This document shows positions 18,980 through 29,362 of a stretch of 64,000 nucleotides of DNA, piece after piece (position 1 is the stretch's first letter; each line of letters opens with the position of its first letter). The translations under genes were made by a program, and so were the position numbers. The notes below the pieces were generated by a model, which was not told the DNA's origin, did no database searches, and saw nothing but the letters and a program-made list of their open reading frames with translations. The stretch is from an uncultured delta proteobacterium (GTDB lineage: Bacteria; Myxococcota; B64-G9): positions 512,001 through 576,000 of the forward strand of contig CAVWHX010000004.1 in NCBI GenBank assembly GCA_963754925.1, in the 5' to 3' direction.

Positions 18980-20448
18980 TGGCGGACCTCCGCTGCCGCC
19001 GGGTCGGCGACCACCAAACGGCGCGCCTCCCGCCCGCCGAGCTGGGCAGGGTCGCCCGGATAGCCGAGGGCCTGCCAGTCCATACGGCCGCCATCGGCGT
19101 GGCAATCGGAGCACCGGAGGCTGCGCTCCTTGGGCGCCACCATGTGAGTCAGGTTGTAAACCATCTCGGTCTCGGCGAAACCAAAGACACCGCTATAGGG
19201 CAGACCGGAGGCCTCGGCGCCCAGCTTGAGCGAGCGGGCCCAGTCGAACGTCGTCCAGTAGCCATCGGGGCCGGCAGTCTTCGGGATCAGCAGGATCCTG
19301 TTCTCCACGTCGTAGGGCTGCTTGCCGCGGTGCACCTTGAATGGCCAGATACGCGCGCGGGGGTCGTGGATATCGCCTAACGGCCGGTCGAGCTGCGTGA
19401 CGCCCGCGGGATCGATGGGATCTCCCTTGATGTAGCGGGCGGCGTTGCCGTTGAACCAGCGGTACTCGGGTACCAGGCCCTGGACGTACACGAAGGAGCC
19501 CTTTATTTTAAGGTAGTGGTGAGGATCGGCGTCGGATACGTCCCGGCCGGCGGTGGACCAGTCCCAGGCGACCTTGGTCGGCATGCTCCGCGCCACCTCC
19601 GGCAGGTGGCAGGTCTGGCAGGCGACCGCCGACAGATGGTTGTTGATGCGGGCGTCGCGGTGGGGTTGCGCTGCATGGCAGTTGGTGCAACCGATCGGCA
19701 GGCTGTCGGTGGCGCTTACCGAGATCATCTTTCCCAGAATGCGGTGGTGAGACGCGCGGTGGCACTCCGTGCACGAGAAGTCTTCCCGGCCCATGTGCAC
19801 GTCGATGCGCTCGTAGGGCTTGGCCAGCGAGCCGTCAAGGTCGCCGTGCTTGACTGCATCGCTGCCGCCGCCGTTGAAGTGGCAGGAGCCGCAATTGTCC
19901 CGGCCGGGCCGGCCGACGCTTTGAGCCGCCGCCATCAGATCCACCCCATTCGCCGGCAGCCCGGCGTCGCCTTTGCTGTAACCCCCCGAGCGGTCGTGGC
20001 ACGACAGGCAATCGACCAAGTCCTGCCGCGCGAAATCGAACGACGCGTCGCGCCAACCGTAGCCGGCATGGCAGATAGTGCATTTCGGCCAATTGCTTTC
20101 GATGCCGATGCAGAAATTATTGATGAGGTTGCGCTTGCCGATGCGCAGCGGCTTGGCGTGACCGGGGACTTTCTCGGGGTCGCCAAGCCACAGCCAGTGG
20201 GACGTTTGCATCACCTCTGCTGCGGCCTGCGGGTGGCACTCCAGGCAGGCCCGGGTGACCGAGGGACCATCGGATAGGATCTTACCTTCAAATAATCGGT
20301 GGTGATCAGTGGGGGCTGTCTTGAGTCGCACCTGATCGCGAGGGCGATCCTCTTCCGCCTCTGCGGAAGAAAACGCCCAAAATCCCAGGCCCCCGACCAG
20401 CACAACAGCTAGGCCCGCTCCTATCCAACGCATTATTGTGCGGATCAT
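18976..20448 (-). CDS. Octaheme c-type cytochrome, tetrathionate reductase (OTR) family
   Basis: Eight CxxCH motifs; GKRNLINNFC..CTICHAGYGW, GGGSDAVKHGDLD, IWPFKVHRGKQPYD, HMVAPK. Confidence 0.92.
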   Translation of the reverse strand: MIRTIMRWIGAGLAVVLVGGLGFWAFSSAEAEEDRPRDQVRLKTAPTDHHRLFEGKILSDGPSVTRACLECHPQAAAEVMQTSHWLWLGDPEKVPGHAKPLRIGKRNLINNFCIGIESNWPKCTICHAGYGWRDASFDFARQDLVDCLSCHDRSGGYSKGDAGLPANGVDLMAAAQSVGRPGRDNCGSCHFNGGGSDAVKHGDLDGSLAKPYERIDVHMGREDFSCTECHRASHHRILGKMISVSATDSLPIGCTNCHAAQPHRDARINNHLSAVACQTCHLPEVARSMPTKVAWDWSTAGRDVSDADPHHYLKIKGSFVYVQGLVPEYRWFNGNAARYIKGDPIDPAGVTQLDRPLGDIHDPRARIWPFKVHRGKQPYDVENRILLIPKTAGPDGYWTTFDWARSLKLGAEASGLPYSGVFGFAETEMVYNLTHMVAPKERSLRCSDCHADGGRMDWQALGYPGDPAQLGGREARRLVVADPAAAEVRQ

Positions 20449-20792
20449 ACACCCCTCTTTTGGCCCCGATGTTCCTGCACGCAACCCTCCAGGCAACGCA
20501 CCAACGTACGGAGGCGTGGTTCAGCCAGCCGGTAGCGGGCGAAGCCGCTCGTGCGGCGCACCCGAACGAGGTCTCTCATGCGCAGCAGACGCAGCTGCTG
20601 CGAGACGATGGCCTGCGGCACGCCCAACCGCTCGGCCAGGCCACCGACGTTCTGATCGCCCGCGCATAAAATAGCCACGATGCGCAGTCGCAGCGGATGA
20701 GCGATGGCCTTGAGAAGCTCGGCGCCGAAGTCGCAGCCATCGGTATCATCACACAGGATGGCGCCCCGACAATCGGTTTTGACTATGCTCAC
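20445..20792 (-). CDS. ArsR/SmtB family transcriptional regulator
   Basis: LKAIAHPLRLRIV, VSQQLRLLR; Cys residues near helix 2 and at the C-terminus (CLEGC). Confidence 0.92.
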   Translation of the reverse strand: MSIVKTDCRGAILCDDTDGCDFGAELLKAIAHPLRLRIVAILCAGDQNVGGLAERLGVPQAIVSQQLRLLRMRDLVRVRRTSGFARYRLAEPRLRTLVRCLEGCVQEHRGQKRGV

Positions 20793-20808
20793 AAGCCATC
20801 TCCTATTA

Positions 20809-20852
20809 ATATATCAATATCTCTATATATCTATTATTATACTCAATGTCAA
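20809..20852 (-). promoter_or_regulatory. Promoter and probable ArsR operator of the OTR operon
   Basis: Minus-strand TTGACA at 20852-20847 followed by an AT-rich ATATAT-N10-ATATAT dyad at 20809-20830 just upstream of the AGGAG RBS. Confidence 0.5.
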
Positions 20853-21035
20853 GAGCAGCGATCGAGGGTCGTCGAGGGGCCCAGATAAGTTTACCGGTGA
20901 GTTGCACAATACGGCAGATCTCTTGTAGAAGTAGGTTTGGTCTTGAAGCGTCTATTCAACCGGCAAAACGGCTCGTGGTGCCTGCCGAAGCAAGACGCTT
21001 GGTGTTAGTTCTGAATTCATTTTCACGAGGTAGAA

Positions 21036-23448
21036 ATGGAGCTTAAAGAAACATCAGCTTACAAAACAGTTTCTCCCGAGGAAACACTCAATCTTCTCGA
21101 GACGACGGCCGAAGGTCTTTCTGAATCAGAGGCGGAACGCAGACAGAATGACTTCGGGCGGAATGAAGTGACCGAAAAACGGCGCAGCGCGGTGTTGGAT
21201 TTTTTTTCGCGATTTTGGGGGCCGATGCCGTGGTTGCTGGAGCTCACGATGATTCTTTCCTATGCCTTGGGTCACATCCTTGAGGCGGTCATCATTCTTA
21301 CCTTGCTGAGTATCAACGCGGGCATCGGGTTTTGGAACGAGCGGAATTCCCGCAATGCTCTGGAACTCTTGAAAAGCAAACTTTCGGTCTTCACGAATGT
21401 CCGGCGCGACGGGCGATGGGTGAAGAAAAGCGCCAGAAACTTGGTTCCCGGCGATATTGCGGAAATTGGCTTGGGGGAAATCGTTGCGGCGGATCTGAAA
21501 CTGATCGGCGGCGAAGTATCAGTCGACCAATCCGCGTTGACCGGGGAGTCATTGCCGACGACGATATCCCGATCCGACCTGGCCTATTCCGGCTCGATCA
21601 TCAAGCGCGGCGAAGCGCAAGGTGTGGTGCTGAACATAGGGATGAAAACCTACTTCGGTAAAACGGCTGAATTGGTTAAAACCGCCCGGTCCGCATCCCA
21701 CCAGAAGCAACTCATGCTCAAGGTGATCCAGTACATGCTGTACGTGGGCATAGGCGCGACCCTGCTCATTGTTGGTGATGCACTGCTGGTGGAAACCAGT
21801 CTTGTGACCATTCTGAACATCGGCCTGATTTTCCTCCTGGGCGCCGTTCCGGTGGCGTTGCCGGCGGTCTTCACTGTGGTGCTGGCCGCCGGCGCGCTGG
21901 AGCTTTCCCGCAACGCCGCATTGGTGACGAAACTCAGCGCTATCGAAGACGCCGCCTCCATGACCATCCTGTGCCTCGACAAAACAGGAACCATTACGCA
22001 AAACAGACTGGCTATCGCGGAACCGGTGCCCTTTGAAGGCTCTCGGACCGAGGATGTGGTCGTGGCGGCGGACAGAGCCACAGGTGATCAGAGCCAGGAT
22101 ATTATCGACGTAGCGGTAAAGGAGTATGCCCGCAGCCTGGCTTTGGATCGGGGCTACACGCAACTATCCTTTACGCCTTTTGATCCCGCCAGTAAGCGGT
22201 CGGAAGCCGTTGTGGAAACGAATGGAAGGCGCTACCGAGCGGTCAAAGGGGCGGCGCACGTAGTGGTGTCCCTGTGTCCGGGCATAGATGCCGCTAAGCG
22301 CGCTGTTATCGAGAACCAGGTGCAGGATTTGTCCCGGAACGGCTATCGCGTGCTGGGGGTGGCGTGCTCCGAGGAAGCGGATCCGAACGGCCTTAAGTTC
22401 GTTGGTCTGCTGCCGCTTTCAGACCCGCCGCGACTGGATTCGAAGGCCATGATCGAGGAAATGCAGCGTCTGGGCATTAAGGTCAAGATGCTGACCGGGG
22501 ACAACCTGTCCATTGCGCGGGAGATCGCGCGCCATGTTTCGGTGGGTGATGCGATCATCCGCATGACGGAGTTGAACAACTTAAGCGAAGCCGAGCAGGT
22601 CGAGGCCTTGGAACGCAGCGACGGGGTGGCCGAAATCTACCCGGAAGATAAGCATCGTATCGTCAAGCTGCTCCAGACTCGGGGTTACATAGTCGGCATG
22701 ACCGGAGACGGCGTCAACGATGCTCCCGCTCTCAAACAGGCGGAGGTCGGCATCGCGGTCAGCAGCGCCACCGATGTAGCCAAGGCTGCTGCCAGCATCG
22801 TCCTGACCGAGCCCGGCCTGCAGGCCATCGCAGCGGCGATAAAGAACAGCCGGCGGATCTACCAACGCATGTTGTCGTGGTTAATCAACAAGGTCACCAA
22901 GGTGGTGCAGTTCGTGGGACTGGTGATGGCGGGTTTTTTTAATTTGGCATGAGGTTCTGATCAGCACCCTGGGTATGGTGCTGTTGGTCTTCGCAAATGA
23001 TTTCATCACCATGTCGTTGGCAACTGATCGCGTTACCAGCACCGCTAGTCCGAACATTTGGAACGTCAAGAAGATCACGCTTGCTTCGCTGGCGTTGGGG
23101 CTGCCGCTAGCAGTGCAGGGACTGCTGGCCGCCATAGCTGGCCGAGACCTGTTTCGCTTGCCCCTGTCCGGACTTCAGAGCTTTGTGCTGCTGACGTTGG
23201 TATTTACCAGTATACTCAAGATATTCATCATCAGGGAACGACGACATTTTTGGTCATCCAAACCCGGGAGCGCGCTGCTGCTGGCAGGTACTGCAACCGT
23301 GGTCGCGTTTGTGCTTTTGGGAGTATTTGGTTTTATTATTCCGTCCCTCACGCCGATCCAAGTCATAAGCGTGTTCCTGTTTTCGGCGGTATTTGTGTTT
23401 CTGCTGGATTTTCCTAAATACTATCTCTTCCAAAAATATGGCTTATAG
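21036..23448 (+). CDS. Plasma-membrane proton-efflux P-type ATPase (type IIIA); +1 frameshift in the T7 run at 22934-22940
   Basis: FWGPMPW, LTGES, VPVALP, DKTGT, DPPR, TGDGVND. Removing one T joins 21036-22952 to the last TM helices in 22975-23448. Confidence 0.88.
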
Positions 23449-23539
23449 TCTTCACCCTTCAATATTCCGCTTCCCGCACGCTTTGTCCTGTAGGCCTAAG
23501 CCCCTGTCGGTTGGTCACCACCGGGCCCAGCGATAAGGC

Positions 23540-26500
23540 TCAGCTCACATGGGCGGTCATATTCTTCATTTCATCTTCCGGTCGCTTGGCAAAGACCAAA
23601 AACATAATCGGCACCAGAAATAGCGAGAGAATCGTTGACGAGGCTAGGCCACCTACGACTGCGAGCGCGAGCGGTCGGTTGGATGCCGTCGACGCTTCCA
23701 GGCCCAAGGCAGTGGGCAGCAAGCCGCTGATGGTGGCAAGACTTGTCATTACGATGGGAATGAAACGGACGCGCGCGGCCGAAACAACAGCCTCGACTTT
23801 GTGCATACCTTCCACGAAGCGCCGGTTCGCCTCATCGACGAGGAGAATCCCGTTTGACATGGCAATGCCGATGACCATCAGCATGCCCATCAACGCGGTG
23901 ATCGAAAAGCCTTGGCCCGCGGTCATTAGTGCAAGAACGATCCCAATCAGCGAGGCGGGAATGGTAAACAGCATCACTAACGGCAGTCGGAGCGACTTGA
24001 ATTGCGACGCCATCACCATGAAAACCACCATCACCGCCAGACCAATCGCCACCCCGAGTCCCGAAAAAGTGGTGCGCATGAGGTCGACCTGGCCCACGAA
24101 GCGGAACGGCATATTGCGAGTGGCAGGATCTTTGAGGAGTCTTTGCTCCAGCTCATCGGCGGCGCTGCCGATATCACGGCCCTCCGTCTGCATGAGCACG
24201 TGCGCAGCGCGTTCGAGCTGGTTGCGCTCGATGGCAATGGGTCCCGTTGACCGGTGCACGTCGGCATAGGCACCGAGTGTGACGGTCCTATCGCTCTCGC
24301 TGATTTTCACCGGCAGGCGGGATAGCGCCGCCGGATCGCTCACATCCGTGCCGCTGTAAGAGGTAACGACATAGTACGACTGGCCGTTGGCGCTGTCGAT
24401 CCAGACACTCGGTGTGTTGATGTTGCCGAGGGTTGCTTCCAGAGTCGTTTGGGCCGCGCCCCTCGAGCTGACGCCGACCAGGCTCGCCATCGTCCGGTCG
24501 GTGTCCACGTGCACTTCGGGATAGTCCACTTGCAGCGAAGGATAGATATCGCGAATGCCGGGGACGGTGCGGGCGACTTCGGCGACCGCGGTCGACCTGT
24601 CCGCAAGCTCATTGAGATCTTCGCCGCGGATCTCCACCACCAGGGGAACGAGGTAGCCGTTGGAAAAGACACTGGCGACCAGGCCTCCCGGCGCCTGCAA
24701 GAATTCCACGCCCGGATAATCGCGCACCAGAATCTGGCGCATTTTATCCGCAATCTCGCGCTGAGAGAGGCTTCTTTTGTCGGGGTCGACAAGCGCCAGG
24801 CTGATAAACCCCATATGGGGACCGGCGTTGGGGCTGGTCATGGCGCTGCGTACGTTCTGCGGCGATCCGACATTGGTGAGGACAAGCTCCACGTTGCCGG
24901 CTGGAAGCTCCTTGGCAAGCGTAGCACCCATTTCGGTCATCATTTTTGCCGCCGTCGCCAACGACGTGCCAGGCGCGACGCGGACGTAGACCGTTTCCTC
25001 CAATTCGTCAATTTCCGGAAAGAACGTGCTCGGCAAGTGACTCGCCGTCCAGATCGCGGCGATAACTAGGATGGCAACTGCACCAATAAACCATGCCCGC
25101 CACTCGAGAACCCCGCGCAGAATCGACGCATAGCCGTCAGCGACGCGCCCGATTATTGCGGAGGTCCGCTTTGCCAACTTTCCGGGCTTGGGGCGGCTGA
25201 GAAAGTAGCGGCACGCCAGCGGCGTCACTAGCATGCTGACCAAGTAACCGGCGAGCATTGCGCAGGCGACGGTCAATGCAAGCGGCGCAAACAGTCTTTT
25301 TGCCAGACCCACGAGCAGCAGCACCGGCAACAATACCGCGACGGTGGTGAGGGTTGCTGCAAGCGCCGGAATGGCGACCGCGTTGGTCCCTTCCAGCGCT
25401 GCGGCCGCAACCGTGCGGTCGCCGTGCTGGTGCCGGTGGATCGATTCGAGAACGACGACCGAAATATCCACCAGCGGTCCCATGGCAAGCGTCAGACCGC
25501 CGAGCGTAAAGGCGTTGAGCGTCTGATCGGTCGCGTAGAGGACAAGCAGGACAATCGCGAACGAAATGGGAATTGCGACGGCGGCAATGAGCATTGCACG
25601 CGCATTCTGAAGAAAGATCAGAATGACAATGGATATGAGGATCAGTGCTTGAAAGATCTCGCGTTTGAGCCCGGAGTAGGTGTTCCGGACAAAGGTCGAC
25701 TGGTCGAAAATCGCCTTGACTTCGACCCCGGCCGGCAGATTTTTCAGGTTCTTGACCACCTCTTTGACCGCATCGACGATCTCGATCGTATTGCCCCCCG
25801 GAATGCGCAAGACGTTCAGATACACGGCGTCCTGACCGTTCACCTTTACGTTCTGAGTTTCCGGGGAGCCGCCGTCTTCAACGCGCGCGACGTCGCTAAT
25901 GAGCACGGGCTTGCCGTTTACAACCTTTACCGCGGCATCGCCGATGTCGCTCACACGCTTGGCAACGGCGTTGGTGTAGACATTGGCGTCGAACTTGTCG
26001 GAGATAAACTCGCCGGACGGCAGCAGGGCGTTAGATTTGGCAACGGCGGCCGCCACGTCGCTGGAAGTAAGGCCGCGCGTTTGCGCTTTTACCTGGTTGA
26101 CGATGACATTGATTTGTCGTTGTTGCCCGCCGTTGACGGAGGCGCTCGCCACGCCCGGGATCCCCTCGAACAGCGGCTCCACGTAGTTTTGGGCATAGTC
26201 GTATAATTGTGCGCCCGTCAGGTTGCCGCCGGAGACCGTAACCTGAATCACCGGCGCGTTCGAAGGGTCGTACTGGAGGACGAACGGCGGCAGGACACCC
26301 AGCGACTTGGGAACCGCCGACATGGCGAATGCAACTTGCTGCTGGACGAGCGTTTGCGAGGAGTTCAGATCGACTCCCCATTTGAACCAGACGTAGGCGA
26401 TGCTCAGATTGTTGCGCGAAACGCTTTCGACGTGCTCGACACCCGGCGTCGCGCTCACGTACTTCTCGATGCGCCAGGAGATGGTTTTTTCGACGTCTTT

Positions 26501-26662
26501 GGGGCCGAGCCCCGGTGCAAGCGTGCCCACAATCAGTACGGGCGGCGTCAGCTCTGGAAACGTGTCCACGCTCATCCGCGGGGTGACGACCACGGAAAAA
26601 ACAATGACCCCAATGCACACCATGAGGATGGCAATGGGGTTAGCGAGCGACAGCCGCGTCAT
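23540..26662 (-). CDS. RND efflux transporter permease (AcrB family)
   Basis: 1040 aa with two TM blocks; NGILLVD, RVRFIPIVMTS, PLALAVVGGL. Confidence 0.95.
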   Translation of the reverse strand: MTRLSLANPIAILMVCIGVIVFSVVVTPRMSVDTFPELTPPVLIVGTLAPGLGPKDVEKTISWRIEKYVSATPGVEHVESVSRNNLSIAYVWFKWGVDLNSSQTLVQQQVAFAMSAVPKSLGVLPPFVLQYDPSNAPVIQVTVSGGNLTGAQLYDYAQNYVEPLFEGIPGVASASVNGGQQRQINVIVNQVKAQTRGLTSSDVAAAVAKSNALLPSGEFISDKFDANVYTNAVAKRVSDIGDAAVKVVNGKPVLISDVARVEDGGSPETQNVKVNGQDAVYLNVLRIPGGNTIEIVDAVKEVVKNLKNLPAGVEVKAIFDQSTFVRNTYSGLKREIFQALILISIVILIFLQNARAMLIAAVAIPISFAIVLLVLYATDQTLNAFTLGGLTLAMGPLVDISVVVLESIHRHQHGDRTVAAAALEGTNAVAIPALAATLTTVAVLLPVLLLVGLAKRLFAPLALTVACAMLAGYLVSMLVTPLACRYFLSRPKPGKLAKRTSAIIGRVADGYASILRGVLEWRAWFIGAVAILVIAAIWTASHLPSTFFPEIDELEETVYVRVAPGTSLATAAKMMTEMGATLAKELPAGNVELVLTNVGSPQNVRSAMTSPNAGPHMGFISLALVDPDKRSLSQREIADKMRQILVRDYPGVEFLQAPGGLVASVFSNGYLVPLVVEIRGEDLNELADRSTAVAEVARTVPGIRDIYPSLQVDYPEVHVDTDRTMASLVGVSSRGAAQTTLEATLGNINTPSVWIDSANGQSYYVVTSYSGTDVSDPAALSRLPVKISESDRTVTLGAYADVHRSTGPIAIERNQLERAAHVLMQTEGRDIGSAADELEQRLLKDPATRNMPFRFVGQVDLMRTTFSGLGVAIGLAVMVVFMVMASQFKSLRLPLVMLFTIPASLIGIVLALMTAGQGFSITALMGMLMVIGIAMSNGILLVDEANRRFVEGMHKVEAVVSAARVRFIPIVMTSLATISGLLPTALGLEASTASNRPLALAVVGGLASSTILSLFLVPIMFLVFAKRPEDEMKNMTAHVS

Positions 26663-27831
26663 GGTGCAGCGGCCTCCTTACTGGCAACGACCTGATCGCC
26701 GTCCTTGAGCAGGGCGCGGCCCTCGGTGACGACTTGAACTCCGGGCTTCAAGGTAGGATCGACAAAAAGATTTCCGGCGGCCTCGCCCAGGACATCAACC
26801 TGCATCTTATGCGCGACGTTGCCTTCCACGACAAACAGCGAAGCTCTGGCATTGCGAACCGACGCCGCTGCCAGCGGAACCTCAGTCGCAGGGACCGGCT
26901 CGCCGACCTCGATGATTAGCTCAGCCGTCGAGCGAACCGGAATCTTCCGTTCGGGATCGGCAAGGTCAATTTCGAGGTGAATCGTGCGCGTAGACGGGTC
27001 TGCCGCGGGCGAGCGCCGCGAGACTTTTCCCGTAAGATGGGCGCCGGTCGCAAGCAGGCGGATGCTTGCAGACGTGCCGGGGGCCACGGCGGCGAAATCT
27101 CCCTCTGGCACATCGGCGATGACACGCACGGTGCTGCGATCGACCACGGTCACAACGATCCCGCCGGGTCGAGCGAACGAGCCCGGGTCCATCAGGCGAT
27201 CGGCAATTTCGCCGTCAAAAGGAGACCGCAAGATACAGTCGTTGACCTCCAGAGAAGCCGTCAAGAGCCTGGCTTGCGCGCCGAGGAGCTCGGCCTGCTT
27301 ACTGGTGCTCTCCGCCGTCTTCTGTTCCGCCTCGTCAGGAGACACGAAGCCCCCGCCGACGAGGCCGCCTACTCGAGCGGCCTCGTGACCGATAGCCTCT
27401 TTTTGCGCTTCGAGCGCGCGCGCCTGCATCGCCACTGAGTTGGCCTGGGCCGAGGCGCTGCGGCAGTCAAGCGTGGCCACGACCTGGCCCCTTTTTACGA
27501 ATTCACCCGGACGAACGAGCACGGTGTCGACATAAGCGGAGGTAAATTGCGGCCCCAGTCTGGCTTCAACCCACGGCTCGATGGCGCCGATGTATCTGAC
27601 GGTCGGCCGGTAGGTCGCGGCGACCGCGTCAATGACGGTGACGCCTTTGGGCTGGTCGGCAAGGGCGACTTTGTTGGTGCGCAGGCCGGCCAGGACGAAC
27701 ATGAGCCCGCCGGCAACGAGGATTGCGACAACCGTGCCAGCAATTGCCATCGGAATGATCCGACTCTTACGAGAAGCCGCTGGCGGGTGCGAGTGCCCGC
27801 TCGCGTCACTCAAGTGTGGGTTTTCGCTCAT
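26659..27831 (-). CDS. RND efflux periplasmic adaptor (MFP)
   Basis: TM anchor, VRPGEFVKRGQVVA, RSPFDGEI, ADPSTRT. Confidence 0.93.
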   Translation of the reverse strand: MSENPHLSDASGHSHPPAASRKSRIIPMAIAGTVVAILVAGGLMFVLAGLRTNKVALADQPKGVTVIDAVAATYRPTVRYIGAIEPWVEARLGPQFTSAYVDTVLVRPGEFVKRGQVVATLDCRSASAQANSVAMQARALEAQKEAIGHEAARVGGLVGGGFVSPDEAEQKTAESTSKQAELLGAQARLLTASLEVNDCILRSPFDGEIADRLMDPGSFARPGGIVVTVVDRSTVRVIADVPEGDFAAVAPGTSASIRLLATGAHLTGKVSRRSPAADPSTRTIHLEIDLADPERKIPVRSTAELIIEVGEPVPATEVPLAAASVRNARASLFVVEGNVAHKMQVDVLGEAAGNLFVDPTLKPGVQVVTEGRALLKDGDQVVASKEAAAP

Positions 27832-27836
27832 GGTAC

Positions 27837-29237
27837 TTAAGGCTCCTCCGCAACCAGGCGGGCGAGCGCCGCGCGCGCGCGTGCCAAGGTAAAGCGCCCC
27901 AGCGCTAGTTGGATCTCGGCGTCGATACGCACCGCCTCGGCGTCTGTCAGCTCGACGATGGTCCCGAGGCCCCCTTTAAATCGCGCGTCGGCCTGTTCGT
28001 AGTTGCTCTGCGCCGCCGCGACGGCCTTGGCGAGCGCCGGCAGGGCCGATTGGGCCACGGTGACCGCTACGTATGCCTGCTGCACTGCCGATATCTGCCG
28101 CTGACGAATGGCGTCAACGTCGGCCCTCGCAACCGCTTCCTGCGCATGAGACGAATCCCTGCGAGCGAGAACGACGGCGTCATAGAGCGGCCAGCGGAGC
28201 ACGAGCCCCACATCCCAATTTGGCACGTCGGGCACCCATCCCGCATGCGCCCCGGGACTGCCGCTTGACGGGTCGGCGCCGCCCTCGCGCTCCGAGAAGG
28301 AGGCGGTTAAGGCCAGGTTGGGAAGCCAAAGGGCCGCAATGGAGCGCGTCAATGCTTGTTGAGCATCAAGCCGGGCTACCGCCTGGAGCAGCTCCGGATT
28401 CACTTCAATGGTGCGCGCGATAACCGACGTGATGCTGGGAAGCTCGCTCTCGGGCGGCGCCTCACCCGAGGCGTCAAGTTGCAGGTCCGGCACGCCGACT
28501 GCCGCGGCGAATGCGCTTTGCGCGGCATCCAGACCGCCCTGAGCGCGAATCCGTGCGACGTCGAATTGAGCTACCTCGGCATCGGATCGGGTCAAGTCAA
28601 TCGTCGGCTGCAATCCGGCCGCGACTTTCGCCTTTGCCATATCACGATGCGTTTGCGCCCGCGCGAAGGCCTGTTGCGACGCCAGCACGATATTTCGCGC
28701 CGCTTGAACAGCGAAGAAAGCTTCCTCGACGCTAAAAGCGATGGCCAGCCGCTCGGCTTTGGCGCCAAGGCTCTGGACGTTCACCAGCGCATCCAATGCG
28801 GCCGATTGTGCGGCTATACGACCAAAATCAAAAACTTCTTGTTGCAATCCGATACCGGCCAACGTAGATGCATGAGGCGTGAAACTGCCGGTTGCAGTCA
28901 CTGCGGTACCACCTATTCGTGGAATATCCAGGCCCGGGATCGAGACGTATGACGTAGTAGTATTATTTGTCGTGCCTTCAATGAGCTGCACTCCGAGTGT
29001 GGCAAGGGGCAGCCATTGCGCTCGCGCGACCTGCACGTCAGCCTGCACCGCCAGCACTCGCATGCGTGCCGCAAGGATCGCGGGTTGGTGGGCCTTTGCG
29101 TAGGCCAGTGCCTCAGCGAGCGTCATCGTGCGTATTGGCGCCGCCGACTGCGTATCGGTGTCTTGGCCGTAAACCGGTCGGCAGAAAAGCGCAAACAAAG
29201 CAAAGGCCAAAATCTGGTTTCGGAAGTTTATTAACAT
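27837..29237 (-). CDS. TolC family outer-membrane protein
   Basis: Signal peptide, MTLAEALAYA, RFKGGLGTIVELTDA; upstream of MFP and RND genes. Confidence 0.92.
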   Translation of the reverse strand: MLINFRNQILAFALFALFCRPVYGQDTDTQSAAPIRTMTLAEALAYAKAHQPAILAARMRVLAVQADVQVARAQWLPLATLGVQLIEGTTNNTTTSYVSIPGLDIPRIGGTAVTATGSFTPHASTLAGIGLQQEVFDFGRIAAQSAALDALVNVQSLGAKAERLAIAFSVEEAFFAVQAARNIVLASQQAFARAQTHRDMAKAKVAAGLQPTIDLTRSDAEVAQFDVARIRAQGGLDAAQSAFAAAVGVPDLQLDASGEAPPESELPSITSVIARTIEVNPELLQAVARLDAQQALTRSIAALWLPNLALTASFSEREGGADPSSGSPGAHAGWVPDVPNWDVGLVLRWPLYDAVVLARRDSSHAQEAVARADVDAIRQRQISAVQQAYVAVTVAQSALPALAKAVAAAQSNYEQADARFKGGLGTIVELTDAEAVRIDAEIQLALGRFTLARARAALARLVAEEP

Positions 29238-29362
29238 AATGGCGTATGAACCATATATGGTTCAGTGATGGCAACAAATTAATGACGGGTTTTATTCCGT
29301 CAAGAGGCCTTAGGGTTTCTTACGATATTAACGGGGTTTTTGAGGAATGTTTTAACTTTTTA

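Noticed and set aside
20853..21035. Riboswitch upstream of the P-type ATPase
   Set aside because: No recognisable aptamer or terminator pattern; an Rfam scan would be needed.
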